Part shown: positions 12,880 through 26,100 of the stretch, piece after piece | How positions within the stretch are numbered: the stretch's first letter is position 1 | How the letters are laid out: the number at the start of each line of letters is the position of its first letter | Assembly (NCBI RefSeq): GCF_001194135.2 | Contig: NC_068989.1 | Coordinates: 39,793,636-39,857,635 of the forward strand | DNA: 64,000 nt | Source: Octopus bimaculoides | Lineage: Eukaryota | Direction: 5' to 3' | Notes under the pieces: generated by a model | Told to the model about the DNA's origin: nothing | The model's database searches: none | What the model saw: the letters and a program-made list of their open reading frames with translations, nothing else | Translations under genes and position numbers: made by a program

Positions 12880-13517
12880 CATGCACGCATGCTCACACAT
12901 CTATCTTGCCATGTTCTCAGGAATGATTTTTCAAAGGAGACATTGTGTTCCATATAAACAAATGTGTGTGTACATGTATATGTATATGCATATAAATGAG
13001 CATATATGCATAAATATATATAGATATATGAATGTCTGTATGCATATCATAAACTTGTGGTGCGCAGTTTGCTTCACAACCACATGCTTCTAGGTTCAAT
13101 CCCACTGCACACAGGTCAGCTGATTGTAATCCGCTGTATCTTTGAATTGATTTAATACCTTGTGAATGGAATTTAATACACAGAAACTGTACAAAAACAG
13201 ATTGTAGTCGTCCCCCCCGTCCTCCTCCCCCTACCAATCTTCCTCCCCTCATCTACTCTTCCTCCCCCTCCTCATCATCATTGTTTTAACACTCACTTTT
13301 CTATGCTTGCATCAGTCAGATGGAACTTTGTTGAGGCAAATTTTCTGAGGCTGTCTGCCATTCCTCTCACCAACCCTCACCTGTTTCCAAGCAAGGTAAT
13401 ATTACCTTATATTCGGACATGTTTTCTCAATAGACTGAAAACAAATGACACTGCTTGTATGATAGTGGTACTTGCCTACAATTATCATTTGATGTCAAGA
13501 CAAGAACACACACACAC

Positions 13518-13581
<64 letters not shown>

Positions 13582-13849
13582 TTGTGCTTTTGTGGCTTGA
13601 AGTAAAGCAAGCCTTGATGTCCACTCAAAAAACACATGGTAAATGATCCACAAGCAATTGAGCAAAGTGAGTCATCAACTTTTTCTTTTCACTGAAAGGT
13701 TTGCAAGGCACTGGCAGGCCTCAAGAGACACATTTGTGTCCATAAGAACATGATTACCACTTTATTTTACAGAACTCTTATTCATTATTCATGACAAAAG
13801 AATCCATCATTATGATGATGATGATCATCATCATCATCATATATATATA

Positions 13850-14262
13850 GGCACTGGTGTGGCTGTGTGGTAAGAAGCTTGCTTGCCAGCCACATAGTTC
13901 TGGGTTCACTTTCACTTTGTGGCAACTTAGGCAAATGTCTTCTACTATAGCCCTGGATAGACCAAAGCTATGTGAATGAATTTGGTAGATGGAAACTAAA
14001 CAAAGCCTGTTGTATGTATATATATGTATGTGTGCATGTGTGTGTCTGTGTGTTCATGTCTCTGTTTGCTCCCACCACCACTTGACATCCAGTTTTGGTG
14101 TGTTTATGTCCCCATAACTTAGTTGCCCAGCAAAAGAGGCTGATAGAATAAGTACCACGTTTAAAAAAATAATCACTGGGGTTGATTCGTTTGACTAAAC
14201 TCCATCAAGGGAGCATGCTAGCATGGCCACAGTCTCATGAATGAAACAAGTAAAAGATAAAA
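13850..14262 (+). mobile_element. Family-B SINE, full length
   Basis: tRNA-like head, GGCAACTTAGGCAAATGTCTTCTACTATAGCC body, internal (TG)n, tail GAAACAAGTAAAAGA. Confidence 0.85.
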
Positions 14263-14431
14263 AACGATATATAATGGTCTCCCTATTTCCACATATGAAA
14301 TCCACCTTCAAGGCTGGAGCTATACTTGAAGACAATTAAAGTGTCACACAATGGGACTCAACCTGAAACCAATTATTTAGGATGCTGACAAATTGACACA
14401 CAAATTGTTGAATTTGAAAAGTGAAGTGACT

Positions 14432-14722
14432 GGTACAGGCATGGCTGTGTGGTAAAGAAGTTTACTTCTCAGCTACATGGTTTTGGGTTTCAAACCCACT
14501 GTGTGGCGCCTTGAGCTAGTGACTTCACCACCATTTGTCAACTGGTGTAGGTATATTTATGTCCCCATAACTTAGCAGTCCAGCAAAAGATACTGATAGA
14601 ATAAGTACCAGGCTTAAGAGGAAAAGAAAAGCGGGGGTTGATCAGCCAACTAAAATCTTTTGATAGTGGTGCCCCAGCATGGCCACAGTCTAATGACTGA
14701 AACAAGTAATAGGTATAAAAGG
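14432..14722 (+). mobile_element. Family-B SINE with internal deletion
   Basis: Same head and tail as 13850-14262; central segment missing. Confidence 0.8.
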
Positions 14723-14727
14723 TATGA

Positions 14728-14779
<52 letters not shown>

Positions 14780-16410
14780 GAAGAAAGTGAAAAGAAATAA
14801 GATCAGTCAAAGAAGAGGGATAAAAAAAAAGGCATATAATTGGGGTTGCGAAACTGTAAAACATATAAAAGTGGTTGATGGAACGAGTAGAATAAGCAGT
14901 ATTCATTAATAATAAAATCAGTTTAATTCACTAATGTGCTTTTATTTTGTTCAGTAAGGGTGAGGTGGGACTAGATTTAAGCTCAGTTTTGTGTAAGGAA
15001 TGACAATAGTCAATTGAATCAATACAACATTATTTATATTGATTCAGTTAATGACCCCTTGATTTTTTTTGTTATTTTGAAAATTTTATTTTTATTTTAT
15101 TTATTTACGAAGATTTAATTATAAAACTGCTAGATTAATACTTGGCTATTTACATATTCTGTATATAGATCTGTGTCTCTGTTCAGTATCTCCTTAAAGT
15201 CTATCAAGGCAATGACAAACAAACATTCAGATTTTCTCTTGACAGATTTCTTTTAAAAATTATAGACAAACTGTCTGTTTTACATGGTTATGTCCTTTTC
15301 CATCTCAAAGAAAACAGAAAGAACAACAGCTATTACTTATATCTCTTATAAAGCTAATTTTCTAAGGAATGTTTGGATAGAAATCAAAATATTACTGGAC
15401 TTGGAAGACAATAAAAACAAAGTTGATCAATAGCTGTGTAGCTAAATAGTATAATTCATTTGCTTTGGTGCTGGATGTCTTAGCCATTTTTAATACTTTA
15501 CCACTTTTATTGTATATAAACTAGGTATAGACCCATCCACCCTATTGTGCAGCCTATAGGGTGATTGGTGAGTGAGGAAAGGTAAAATAGAATTGTGAGG
15601 TCCAATAGTTTGGTTTCTCTGAGGACTTTATGACCTCTCTGGTACCTGTGCCATGAAAAACATAACCAGAACACACTATAAAGTGGATACTAAATAAACA
15701 GAAAATGTAAAGGGTTGTGTTCACCCACTTCAATTCCATATTGCCGAGGACTTGCCAACTTCTCTAGGGCTGGTGTTATAAGAAAATTGGTCCAGTACAC
15801 TTTTCAAGTGGTTAGTGCAAGGAAGGGCGTCCACCTGTAGAAACCAGGCCAAGATGACATGCATATGAACATGATGACCTGTCCAAGCTATGCTAGCATG
15901 GTAAACAGACATAAAGTGTCGATGAACATACAATAAGCATGACTGTTGTCTTGTGTTCTTTAATGGTTCATTGGACTAGGCTGATGCTAATTTGGTAGAC
16001 CTGTAAATCTTTGATTTATAAAAATGGCTTGTTGTTTAAACCCATGCCTGATCAAGTATACTTATGAAAAATGTTCCTGCTATGACCATCTCACTTTTAG
16101 GAATGTGCAAGACTGCATTATATAATACGTTCTTTTTCTTATAGGTTAATAATATGAGATTTGAGGGAGATTTGGATACTATTTTCTATCAGGTTGAATG
16201 GTAGCATCAAGGCTCACGTATTTGGCTAAGATCAAATTGTAGGATTCATTATTATTCATTATTATCTGACATAGCTTCTGTTTGGTTCTAATTGGTTTCT
16301 ACTTGATTCTACTTGGTTTCAGTTAGGTTATAGAGTTCGTTCACCTGAGTTTTCCATCTTCTTGTTGTGCTCAGTAAAACAGAAATACTACAACACTAAA
16401 ATAGACAATG

Positions 16411-17027
16411 AACTAGAAAAGCATTCGGAGAGTGCAGACCTCCGCCAAGCAGCTCATTTCCACCCATATACATGCATGCTGATAATCGCCCAATTTCCCA
16501 AACCAATGCTGGCAAAAACATAACCTCCTTGGTAGGGGTAAAAAAAAAATAACACAGCCATATAATTAAAAAAAAAAAACCTTTAAAAACAGGAATCATT
16601 TGAAGCAGTTATAATACATCAATGACAATAGCAAGCTCTGCAGAGCTTTGCCAAGCAATTCATTTTAAGATAGATGCACAAGTAAAATTACTAATAGAGA
16701 AACGAAAATAAACTTTGGAAACAGCAGCGCCACCATAGGTTATGTGGAAACGATGAACATGTTTTCAAGAGAGATAATTAAAGACCGTAACATTGTAATA
16801 CTTCATGTAAAGTAAATATAACAAATGAAAAATCCTTCAAGAATCCATAAAAATTCCCCAGATCACTACCAAAATTTCATCATCTGTTCCTTGTGTCATT
16901 ACCAACTTTTCCCGCAAGTTTCATCAAATACCGTTTTCAACTTTTTGAGTTATTTTGCACACAGACAGACAGACAGACAAACCAACTCTGATGAAAACAT
17001 AACCTCATTCCTTGGCAGAGGTAATAA
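16411..17027 (+). mobile_element. Non-autonomous Helentron/DINE-1-like (HINE-type) element, two modules
   Basis: Start AACTAGAAAAGCATTCGGAGAGTGCAGACCTCCGCCAAG; complementary subterminal CCTTGGTAGGGGT (~16527) and CCTTGGCAGAGGT (~17010); (ACAG)n before the 3' end; AACATAACCTC repeated. Confidence 0.65.
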
Positions 17028-17499
17028 AATACACAAAACCTCAGGAAAGGTAATGTATATATCCTAAAAAGATCCAATTTTTTTACTGAATGTAAATGAT
17101 TTGGCACTTCAAGGATTATGTTAGTACAAGATTTGTAGAATGAGTAGAGCATTAGGTGAAATACCTTTGGTAATTAGTCATGGTCTTTTGTCCTGAGTTC
17201 AAATTTTGCAGAGGTCAACTTTGAATTTAGTTTATCTTGGAATGATGAAATAAAATATCATTTAAGTACTGGATTTGATTTTGTATCCTTGTAATGCATT
17301 CTAGATGTGAATGGAATTATAACAGAAGATAAGATATTTAAAAACTAACATTCCAGAAAAGAGAGAACATAGTTTCTTGTATTTTACTAAGTAGATATCG
17401 CTAATGTTAAATAGTCTATTAAGTGTATGATTTAACAATTTAGTTATGCCATAATTTTAATTTAAATGACTCTCGCTCTTTTTTGTTTCATTTTGCAAG

Positions 17500-17579
17500 T
17501 CGGAATCAAAATGAACTGATAAACACTGGTTTGATGTTGGCCCAAACTTATATGCTTCTGGCTGAAGATGATGCGTATG
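17500..17579 (+). CDS. TTC23: Internal exon of TPR protein, TTC23-like (xRNQNELINTGLMLAQTYMLLAEDDAY)
   Basis: Strong pyrimidine tract then AAG| acceptor; G|GTAAGT donor; 80 bp with only one open frame; phase-1 end joins the TG start of exon 26658 to make GTG (Val). An alternative in-frame acceptor at 17443 is possible. Symbol means TTC23-like, from remembered similarity. Confidence 0.65.
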
Positions 17580-17749
17580 GTAAGTTGAAATATCTAATCA
17601 TTTTCATGAACTGTGGGGGAAGCATAGGAAATGCTGGGTGTTCAGATTTGATTTGATTTCTATGGTTGTTGTTTAGCTTGTGGTAATCCCTAAATGAGTA
17701 TCTGTTGAGCTCTAGGGTTGATATAATTGACTTACTCCTTCTTCCAAAG

Positions 17750-17790
<41 letters not shown>

Positions 17791-17859
17791 AAGTTGAGTC
17801 ATAAGTTGTTTTTGTCTTTCAAGCTTTGATTACTATTTCAAGCAAATTATATATGGTAA

Positions 17860-18240
17860 GCATTTATTTATCAAAATATCCCACCATATTTTATTGCCTG
17901 TGGCCATCATTGTGTGAGAAGCTCAATTCCATTCTTAAACCACTTGGTTGGTTTAGAGGCAAAAACTCCCTGCACCCATTTCCAACCTCATCCACATTGT
18001 CGAACCTCCATTCATGCAGAAAATGAGCCATGGCTTAGAAAAGGCAGTAATCTGATGGTGCAAAGTCTGGACTGTAGATAGAGAGAGGCAGTACTTCCAG
18101 ACCCTTAAGTTCCTCAAGTTTGTACTTAGTCACTGCCAGTGTGTATTGGGGCTTTGTCATACTGTAGGAGTATGCATCTTCCATTGACCAATGCTGAGTA
18201 GCAGGTTTTCAAAGTATCATATGTTCACTGCAGATGTTAA
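17860..18240 (-). mobile_element. Mariner transposase C-terminal remnant
   Basis: Minus translation ...KLEELKGLEVLPLSIYSPDFAPSDYCLF*AMAHFLHEWRFDNVDEV. Confidence 0.8.
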
Positions 18241-18302
18241 GCATGAGAGATTTGTTGTCCAATGTCTCATTTACTGCTTTGTCCGGCTGTCTATCTGTTG
18301 TC

Positions 18303-18355
<53 letters not shown>

Positions 18356-18747
18356 GTCTCTCTCTCTCTCTCTCTGTCTCTGTCTCTCTCTCTCTTGTCT
18401 TCTTCGCTCTTTAAGATGATAAAATGGGATTCTAAGGCAGTTTGGCTGCTATATCTACCAGGTTGCGTAATTACATAGAGACTCCCCTCCTGACTCACTT
18501 TTTTTTTTTTTTCTGTAGTATTAAACTGCAGATGTAGAAATTTCTACTCCTTGGAGGGGCTGCTAGTTTGATAAAGTTAATTTACCAGGAAGATCTGGTG
18601 TATATACTTTTGATTGACATAAGCTGAAGCAATTCAAAATCACTAATTTTTCTAGAAATTCCAAGAAACAGTTGTTTATGCCTTTAGAAAAAAGAATCAT
18701 TTTCTAGACTCAGCTCAGACCACAGACTCAGCTTTAACAAATCTTTT

Positions 18748-20100
18748 CTTCTTTTAGTGCTATCATGTTGATAAATAACCTCTGCTAACTTTTTAACATA
18801 AATACGATGTTGGTGATATGTTTGTGGCTGACTACTTAGATGTTTCTCCATTGCTTTCTTTTGAGATTCTGTACAAGACAGATTGCTATGCCTGCTAAAG
18901 TACTCGGAACATTAAGAACCAGAAGAAATACCACAAGTCATTTCATATAATAGTCCAGCAATTCTGCCCCTTTGTTTACCTTCTGAAAAAGAGCCGGTTA
19001 AGAAGCCACTGTGTGGTCACTCAAAGTGCTAAAAATAGCTGCCAAGCTCTCACATCATCAATTTGTAAAAACATTAGATAATGTGGTCCTAGATACACTG
19101 TATCTTTAAAGAAAAACACAGAATAACCATGATTAGAATGCTTTTGATCATGAGTTTGATTCATCATGGTTGACCTTGAGCTAAACAACAATGACCTCCT
19201 GGAAAAATAATGATTGATGTTAATTAAAGCTTTGTTGTTAAAGCTGTATTAATTAAAGCTGTATTAATTAAAGCTGAAATAATTAAAGCTGAGATAATTA
19301 AAGCTGAACATTATCTGTTCTTTACTAATTTGGGAAGTGTCTATACCATTTATCCTACTCTATAATAATGTTTCTACTTGATGCTCTTATATGAAATCAA
19401 AGAACCCAAATCTTTTCTGTAGATGGTCATATTTGATGCTACATACAGAGCCACATGTTTGAAAGAGGCTTGTTAGGAAATGATAGCCAGTGCCAAGCAG
19501 TAGTAATTTAAACAGTTGTTTCACAATCAACTTCAAAAGTACAAAAGTACGAAACATACATACAGACTGTCGTCTCCAAGTAATCTGTGGCTAAAGTTTA
19601 GAGAGAACCAAAATGACAGTTGTATAGAACAGTGAGATTGTCATTTATTTTAGTGATGCCATCTTCAACATGGCTCATTGCTATTGAGGACAAAGTTTTG
19701 ATATTGAGATGAGATGAGTTGCATAAATATAGCTTGCTTCAGAGTCAGAGTAACTGATCTCAAAGTCACAAACTACCAGCAACCATTCATTGTGAGCTTT
19801 GTTACAATTCTTTAGCTTAATTTGGAACTGAAAGTAAGGGTGGTAAACTGGTAGGATCATTAGAATACCAGACAAAACGTATAGCTTCTTTTAGTACAAT
19901 ATGGTTGATAAATAACCTCAGCTAACTTCTTATAAAAGTGCAACATAGGTAATATGTTCATGGCCAACTACATAGATGTTTCTACGTTGCCTTCTTTTGG
20001 GTATTCTGTACAAGACAGATTGCTATGCCTGCCAGGGTGCTCAAAATATTAAGAACCAGAAGATATTCCACAAGTCATTTCATTTAATGGCCCAACAATT
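18748..20100. repeat. Pair of diverged ~215-bp direct repeats (18748-18963, 19885-20100)
   Basis: Shared blocks such as TTGATAAATAACCTC and ATTCTGTACAAGACAGATTGCTATGCCTGC; family not identified. Confidence 0.8.
19221..19307. repeat. 15-bp tandem repeat (TAATTAAAGCTGTAT-like)
   Basis: TTAAAGCT recurs six times, mostly at a 15-bp period. Confidence 0.85.
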
Positions 20101-20114
20101 TAGGGTTGAATATT

Positions 20115-20328
20115 AAGGTGGTAAGCTGGCAAAATCGTTAGCTTGCCAGGCAAAATGCTTAGTGGCATTTCATTCACTGTTATGTTCTGAGTTCAAATTC
20201 AGTCAAGGTCGACTTTGCCTTTCATAATTTCAGGATTGATAAAATAAGTATCATTTGAGCACTGGGGTCAACATAATTGACTTACTCCCTCTCCCAAATC
20301 TGTTTGCCTTGTACCAAAATTTGAAATC
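20115..20328 (+). mobile_element. Family-A SINE
   Basis: AAGGTGGTAAGCTGGCAAAATCGTTAG...GAGTTCAAATTC...CCAAAATTTGAAATC. Confidence 0.85.
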
Positions 20329-21193
20329 AGTTTTGGACTGAAAGTGAGCCTATGTTACTAGCTGATTAAAAACAATCCTTGGACAAATTTGACAACTATA
20401 TTTGTGACAAAAATGATAAAAATATTCATTTTTTTATATAATTGGAGGAAGAAAACTTTTAGGATAAATTTACTGCCAGCTGATATAGATATCAATAGAT
20501 ACATGTATGTGCTAACAGATAGTTAGATATATGCACACACATACATATGTATGTGCACACACACACTATGCACACACACACTATGCACACACACACTATG
20601 CACACACATGCACACATGTGCATGCACATAAAGATGATAGTGAATCTAACAGTGAAGAAGGAAATGTTCTAAACCTTTGCTGTTTTCCAGAACATTTTGT
20701 TTCAGCAAAGAACTATGATGAGATAATATTGAACATGTTAAATTATGCTCTGTGGTCTTTAATTGATGTCTGTTCACATTCTAAGTTCAAATCCTATTTT
20801 TGTTGACTTCACCTTTATCTCATATCCTTGGGACCAAATAAAAAGTAGAAATCATGTACAAAGGTTAAATTGATAAACTATACTTTATTTTCATTCTTTT
20901 TTATTTAATAATGTCAGAAGTAAACAAGCTGTGCTCAACAATTTTTTTAAGGTGTTTGAGACATGTAAGAGAACAGTGGAAGTTAATGCAGACTAGGAAC
21001 AACTTAGACCAAGTACTTGCAACAGGCTGGATAGATTGCACCAATGACATCCAAGGTGGTGGTGATGGTGCTGAACTCAGTGATCAATTAAATATGTCAC
21101 TAATTAGAAATGGCTTCTCTGCTTCTATAAAGTTTTCCTCAGTTAAAATTCACTCACAAGTCTTTGATCAACTCAATATTTATGGTGGAAGAT

Positions 21194-21380
21194 AAGGCAG
21201 TGAGCTGACAGAATTGTTAGCACACCAGGCAAAATGCATTTCATCTGTCTTTGCATTCTGCTGAAATCAACTTTGCCTTTCATCCTTTCGATAAAATAAG
21301 TATCATTTGAGCACTGGGGTTGACGTAATTGATTCAGTCCCTTCACCCAAGCTGCTGGCTTTGTGCCAAAATTTGAAACT
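21194..21380 (+). mobile_element. Family-A SINE
   Basis: Same head, core and tail motifs as other copies. Confidence 0.8.
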
Positions 21381-21707
21381 AATATTTATGGTTGAAGACA
21401 CCTTACTTGAAATGTTGCACTGTGGGATTGAACCCAAGAACACAGAGTGACTAAGCAAAATTCTTAATCACAAAGTCATGCCAATGCCCAAAAGGGCCAA
21501 AGAAGTTGATCGTTGGTAAAATATTTGAAAGTTTAGGAGTTATGATATTGAATTTGCTTCTTTTATAAGATAGAATAAATATTTTACTCACTTGGCATTA
21601 TACGACTGCATTATGTTTGAAATTAGATTAGCATTGGAAATAGTCAGGTACTTCAATCTAATTCTTTAAATGAATGCAGTTCCTTGAGGAATACTCTTTC
21701 AAATATG

Positions 21708-21777
<70 letters not shown>

Positions 21778-22269
21778 CAACAATAATACAGCTAAAGAAC
21801 TAATCCTATATTGAATTTTGCTGTATTTCCATTAGGTTACCATTATTTCAAATTTGGTAATTGGTTTATGGTTTCTACAGATCTTAGCTAATGGAAACAA
21901 ACAAATAAAAGAAACATTACTTTACCATGAATGAACTGACAACTAGTTTTTCACTTTTAATTCTAATTTACTTTTGTTTTGAAGAGTCAGTAGTACCAGA
22001 CATAAAAAAAGTGGTAGTCCTAGAAAGCACAGAATATTATTTGGCTGGTTTTAATTATTGAGCGAAAGTTACAAATGCAAGAAAGTATCATTATCCTCAT
22101 TTAGTATCCATATTCCATGTTGGCATAGGTTGAATGGTTTGTCAGGCTTTGGAATGTTAGAGGACTATGTCAAGAACACACCAAATCACCCAGTCCAGGA
22201 ATCAAAACCACAGTCATACATGAGTGCAACATCCTAACAAATAAGCCATGTGCCCCCACAATAATAATA

Positions 22270-22327
<58 letters not shown>

Positions 22328-22374
22328 TAATAATAATAATAACAACAACAGTACAGAGTAGCAGCTACTACTAA

Positions 22375-23185
22375 GGTGGTATATCCGTTTTTTTGGCAGT
22401 CAGGGGTTTGAGATTTGCCAGATGGGCAAATTTCTTGTTGATGGATACTGCGGGTTGTATTTCTCATTGATGGATACTGTGGATTGTTGGAGGATATGCA
22501 GTTTTACACGGAGGCAGAGCTGGCAGTTGGGGGTGCCAGGTGAATAATGTGGCACTCTGTCAACAATAGTCTACTTGATGCTGGGTGTTTCCTCTTGCAA
22601 GTCATGGAGTCTCCAGAGAAAATGAGACAGAAGTAGAGTTCTGTCTGTCCCTGGATCTGAATGAGTGCATATGCTGGGAGTATCTTCCCTTGAAGTCATT
22701 TATCTGTCATACCCATAGAGTGCCTACTAATGTCATTAGAAGGTGTAAGGGTAGTTCTGTATATTACGGTCCTTGAGAAGCAAGATCCTTCTTGAGGGCA
22801 CCGAGTGGGGTTTTGTCAGTTGCAGGTTGGGGGCGATGCGGGTGCATTTTTTACCTCAGTTGATGCATGCAATGTTGTCTAAGCAGGAGTAGCTCACCTT
22901 GACATTATGGGGGTTGAAGAGTTTGTAATACTTGTGACTTGTGGGGAAGTGTTTCTTAATTAACAACAGGAAGTCCCTAGCTATGTTGGAGGAAACTTCT
23001 AGATTGAAAGTGGGGTTATACCATATAATTTCCCTTTTCTAATATTTTTTGGGTGAGGAGAGGGTGTTTGAGGGTTGTTCACATATGTGAGCTTCTCAGT
23101 AAACCCTCTCCTAGTCAAAGCATCATTGTAGTGGGGGTGGCCTTGTTAAAGATTTCTCTGTTGGCCAAGAGATTAGATTTTCCAA
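22375..23185 (-). mobile_element. Penelope-like element remnant (RT thumb/linker plus GIY-YIG endonuclease)
   Basis: Minus translation IIWYNPTFNLEVSSNIARDFLLLIKKHFPTSHKYYKLFNPHNVKVSYSCLDNI matches the PLE IIWFNPP...NVKVSYSC motif, followed by frameshifted GIY-YIG remnants. Confidence 0.85.
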
Positions 23186-23372
23186 CTAACTGTTACTGAT
23201 ACCAACATCAAACCATGACAACCACGTGACCTTCCTCGACCAGTAACAGCCCACCTTACAGTAACAATCAACTTCTGTCATTCAAATTCAAAATGGCTGA
23301 AGACTAGCATCATGCTTGAAACTCAAGAGTCCCAAGGAATTTGAACCAAACTGTTTTGATGCATACATGTAA

Positions 23373-23662
23373 CTTAACAACACAATCAAGGTATAGTTGT
23401 GTATTTAGTAAAGAAGTTCACTCCACAAACTACATGATTTTCAGTTTGGTTCCACTGTACAAATATCTTCACCTACAACCTCATCTTGATCAAAGTCTTG
23501 TGAGTGAAATTTAGTAGATGGAAATTACATGGAAGCCTGATGGAAGAATCATTGTTATTCTTGGATAGTAGACTTAATCTAACACTCAGTTTCACAGTCG
23601 TTTCTGGTCCTTGAGTGTCTTTAGTAGCGATCAGTATGTTAGGAGATTCTTCCCATCTTTCA
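23373..23662. repeat. Left arm of ~290-bp inverted repeat (partner 25518-25809)
   Basis: Manual comparison gives about 7 mismatches over the first ~270 bp against the reverse complement of 25518-25809. Confidence 0.9.
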
Positions 23663-23890
23663 GAAGAAGATAAGACAAATAGATAAACTTACTTTCTTAT
23701 TCTTCAATACTCTGTTTCACTCAGTCGAGGTGTCTTGTCTTTAAGGTACTTGGTGACTGCATCAGTACTGGTGTATGAAAAAAAAACACCAAGCACACTC
23801 TGAGGTGTCGTTGAATCAAACTGATTTGATTCATACATGTAACTCCCAATAAATTTGTTGAGTGGTCTTCTTTCATTTGTCCACTCACAC

Positions 23891-23967
<77 letters not shown>

Positions 23968-24332
23968 ATAGCACAATCTATTCATGATCAGAGTTGTTCA
24001 AAAACCAAGGTACTACAGTATATCATTTAATGTACACACTCTAAGGATAAGAACTACTATAAAAGTTTCTTACTGTGAAGTCATATACCTTGGCACATTA
24101 TAAAAACCTGCCTTGATGCTTGTCTTCACTGCAAGAAACTATTAGTAGCTCTTATCTTTATACTATATACATTAAATAAAATTTATCTCCTAGTGGATGG
24201 AATACTTTTTCCTTGATCTTACCATAATGGAATAATAAACTATGTGTGTGTATCAATCAATCATATATCAATTTCTATATCAGTTATCTGTCTCCATATG
24301 TGTTCCTTTTATTCAATCCTTAAAATAAATAC

Positions 24333-24383
<51 letters not shown>

Positions 24384-25517
24384 TACNNNNNNNNNNCACA
24401 CACACACACACATGTATACATACATACACACAGACATATGTATATGTGTACATATTTATGCAATAAAAATGTGACATAGGGAGACAAAACTAGACATAAA
24501 TAATGGAAAGAATCACATACACTATAGACTTAGGGTTGCTCAACCCTTCATCATTTATCAGCCAAAATAGCATCGCAGTTTTGACACCATCCAATAATAT
24601 TGTTCAATTAGGCAGTGTCAGCCAAATTAGCTGCTGTAGTTATAAAGGAGGGGACATGACAAATGAACATGAAAATATAGTTACAAAATAGATGATGTCT
24701 CTTGAGATTAGATGGTGAATAAAGACAAGTCTTGAGGAGAAAGGGGGGAAATATATATAACAAACAAGTAAGGAAAGTAGCAGAAAAAAACAATAAATGA
24801 TACACAGACATATTCATATACCAGGTATGTCTTTTAATTATGGAACAAAAGTTTGATATATTGTGCAGAGCAACACTATCAGGAAAGATGGTAGTCCATT
24901 CAGACTTATAAATATAAATGGTAAAATTAAAAAGAAATTTGTTATGTTTTTGGAGAGTCATTGCACAAGATGAAACTTAATTAAAATCTAAGACATATCA
25001 AGGGGCTAGGAAAAAAAGAAAAAAACATGAAAGCAGTCAAAACATAAAGGATGTATAGCTGGAAAACAGGAAGGTAAATGGAGAAGAAGATGTTGATAAT
25101 TAAGTGCAAATGGTTGGCAGAAAGACCCATAAAAATGTAAGTGTAAGGAAGAAGAAAAGACAAATAAATAAACTTGTAAAAAAAAGTTGCCCCATGGAAT
25201 GGTAACCTCTGATAATTTAACCCAAGCATCCTGTGCATATATTCACATCACTCATGCATGCATGTGCATGCACACACATACATTCAGTGCCCATATATAT
25301 GTATATATGCATATATACATATTCATATATACATAGATACATACATTCAGTCATATATACATATTATTGTACCTAGTGAAAGTTCATCAATATTCTGTAA
25401 GGTGACACCACTCCAGGTTGGTGGTAAATTCTTTTTTTTTTCTATTATTTTGCTAATGGCAGAGTTAGTGGAAAATTTGCTGTGTTCATTTTCCCTTAAC
25501 AGAATCTCAGATACAAA

Positions 25518-25809
25518 TGGAAGGATGAGAAGAAGGCTCCTAACATACTGATCTCTACTAAAGACACTCAAGGACCAGACACGACTGTGAAACTGAGTGT
25601 TAGATTAAGTCTACTATCCAAGAATAACAATGATTCTTCCATCAGGCTTCCATGTAATTTCCATCTATTAAATTTCACTTACAAGACTTTGGTCAAGATG
25701 AGGTTGTAGGTGAAGATATTTGTACAGTGGAACCAAACTGAAAATCATGTAGTTTGTGGAGTGAACTTCTTTACTAAATACACAACTATACCTTGACTGT
25801 GCTGTTAAG
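25518..25809. repeat. Right arm of ~290-bp inverted repeat (partner 23373-23662)
   Basis: As above; comprises a decayed family-B SINE piece plus apparently unique sequence. Confidence 0.9.
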
Positions 25810-25896
25810 AAAATTTTTTTAAAATTCATGTCACAGAAAAGGAAAGTCGTCATCATCATCATCATCATCATCATTTAAAGTCCCTTTTCCTATGCT

Positions 25897-26100
25897 GGTT
25901 TCCATGACTTGTATATTCCCCACCTGGCTGGGATGCTGGTCTGTTACAGGACTACTCATTTTTGCCTGCTGAATGGGCTGGAGCAACATGAAAGTAAGTG
26001 TTTTGCTCAAGAACACAGCACATTGCCTGGTCCAGGAATCAAAACCACAATCTTATGATCGTGAGTCCAACACCCTAACCACTAAGCCATGTGCCTCCAC
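25897..26100 (-). mobile_element. tRNA-derived SINE, family F, nested in an RTE-type tail
   Basis: Reverse complement GTGGAGGCACATGGCTTAGTGGTTAGGG...GGTTTTGATTCCTGG (A/B boxes); RTE-tail sequence lies on both sides (25845-25895, 26100-26340). Confidence 0.75.

Noticed and set aside
15155-15340. Open frame containing KVYQGNDK, echoing TTC23 QVYQGQKK
   Set aside because: The rest does not fit a TPR pattern and there is no convincing donor of the required phase.
20531-21195. ORFs 20531-20806 and 20911-21195 with acceptor-like sites phase-compatible with exon 17500-17579
   Set aside because: Weak donors or no TPR similarity; exon 26658 gives a much better continuation.
23297-23330. CTGAAGA-ctagcatcatgctt-GAAAC at the flank of a PLE remnant
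   Set aside because: Plausible dead PLE hammerhead, but helix I and the cleavage triplet context are missing.
25503-25710. Acceptor plus open frame NLRYKWKDEKKAPNILISTKDTQGPDTTVKL
   Set aside because: No good donor, phase 0 does not fit the phase-1 intron it lies in, and it overlaps the inverted-repeat arm.
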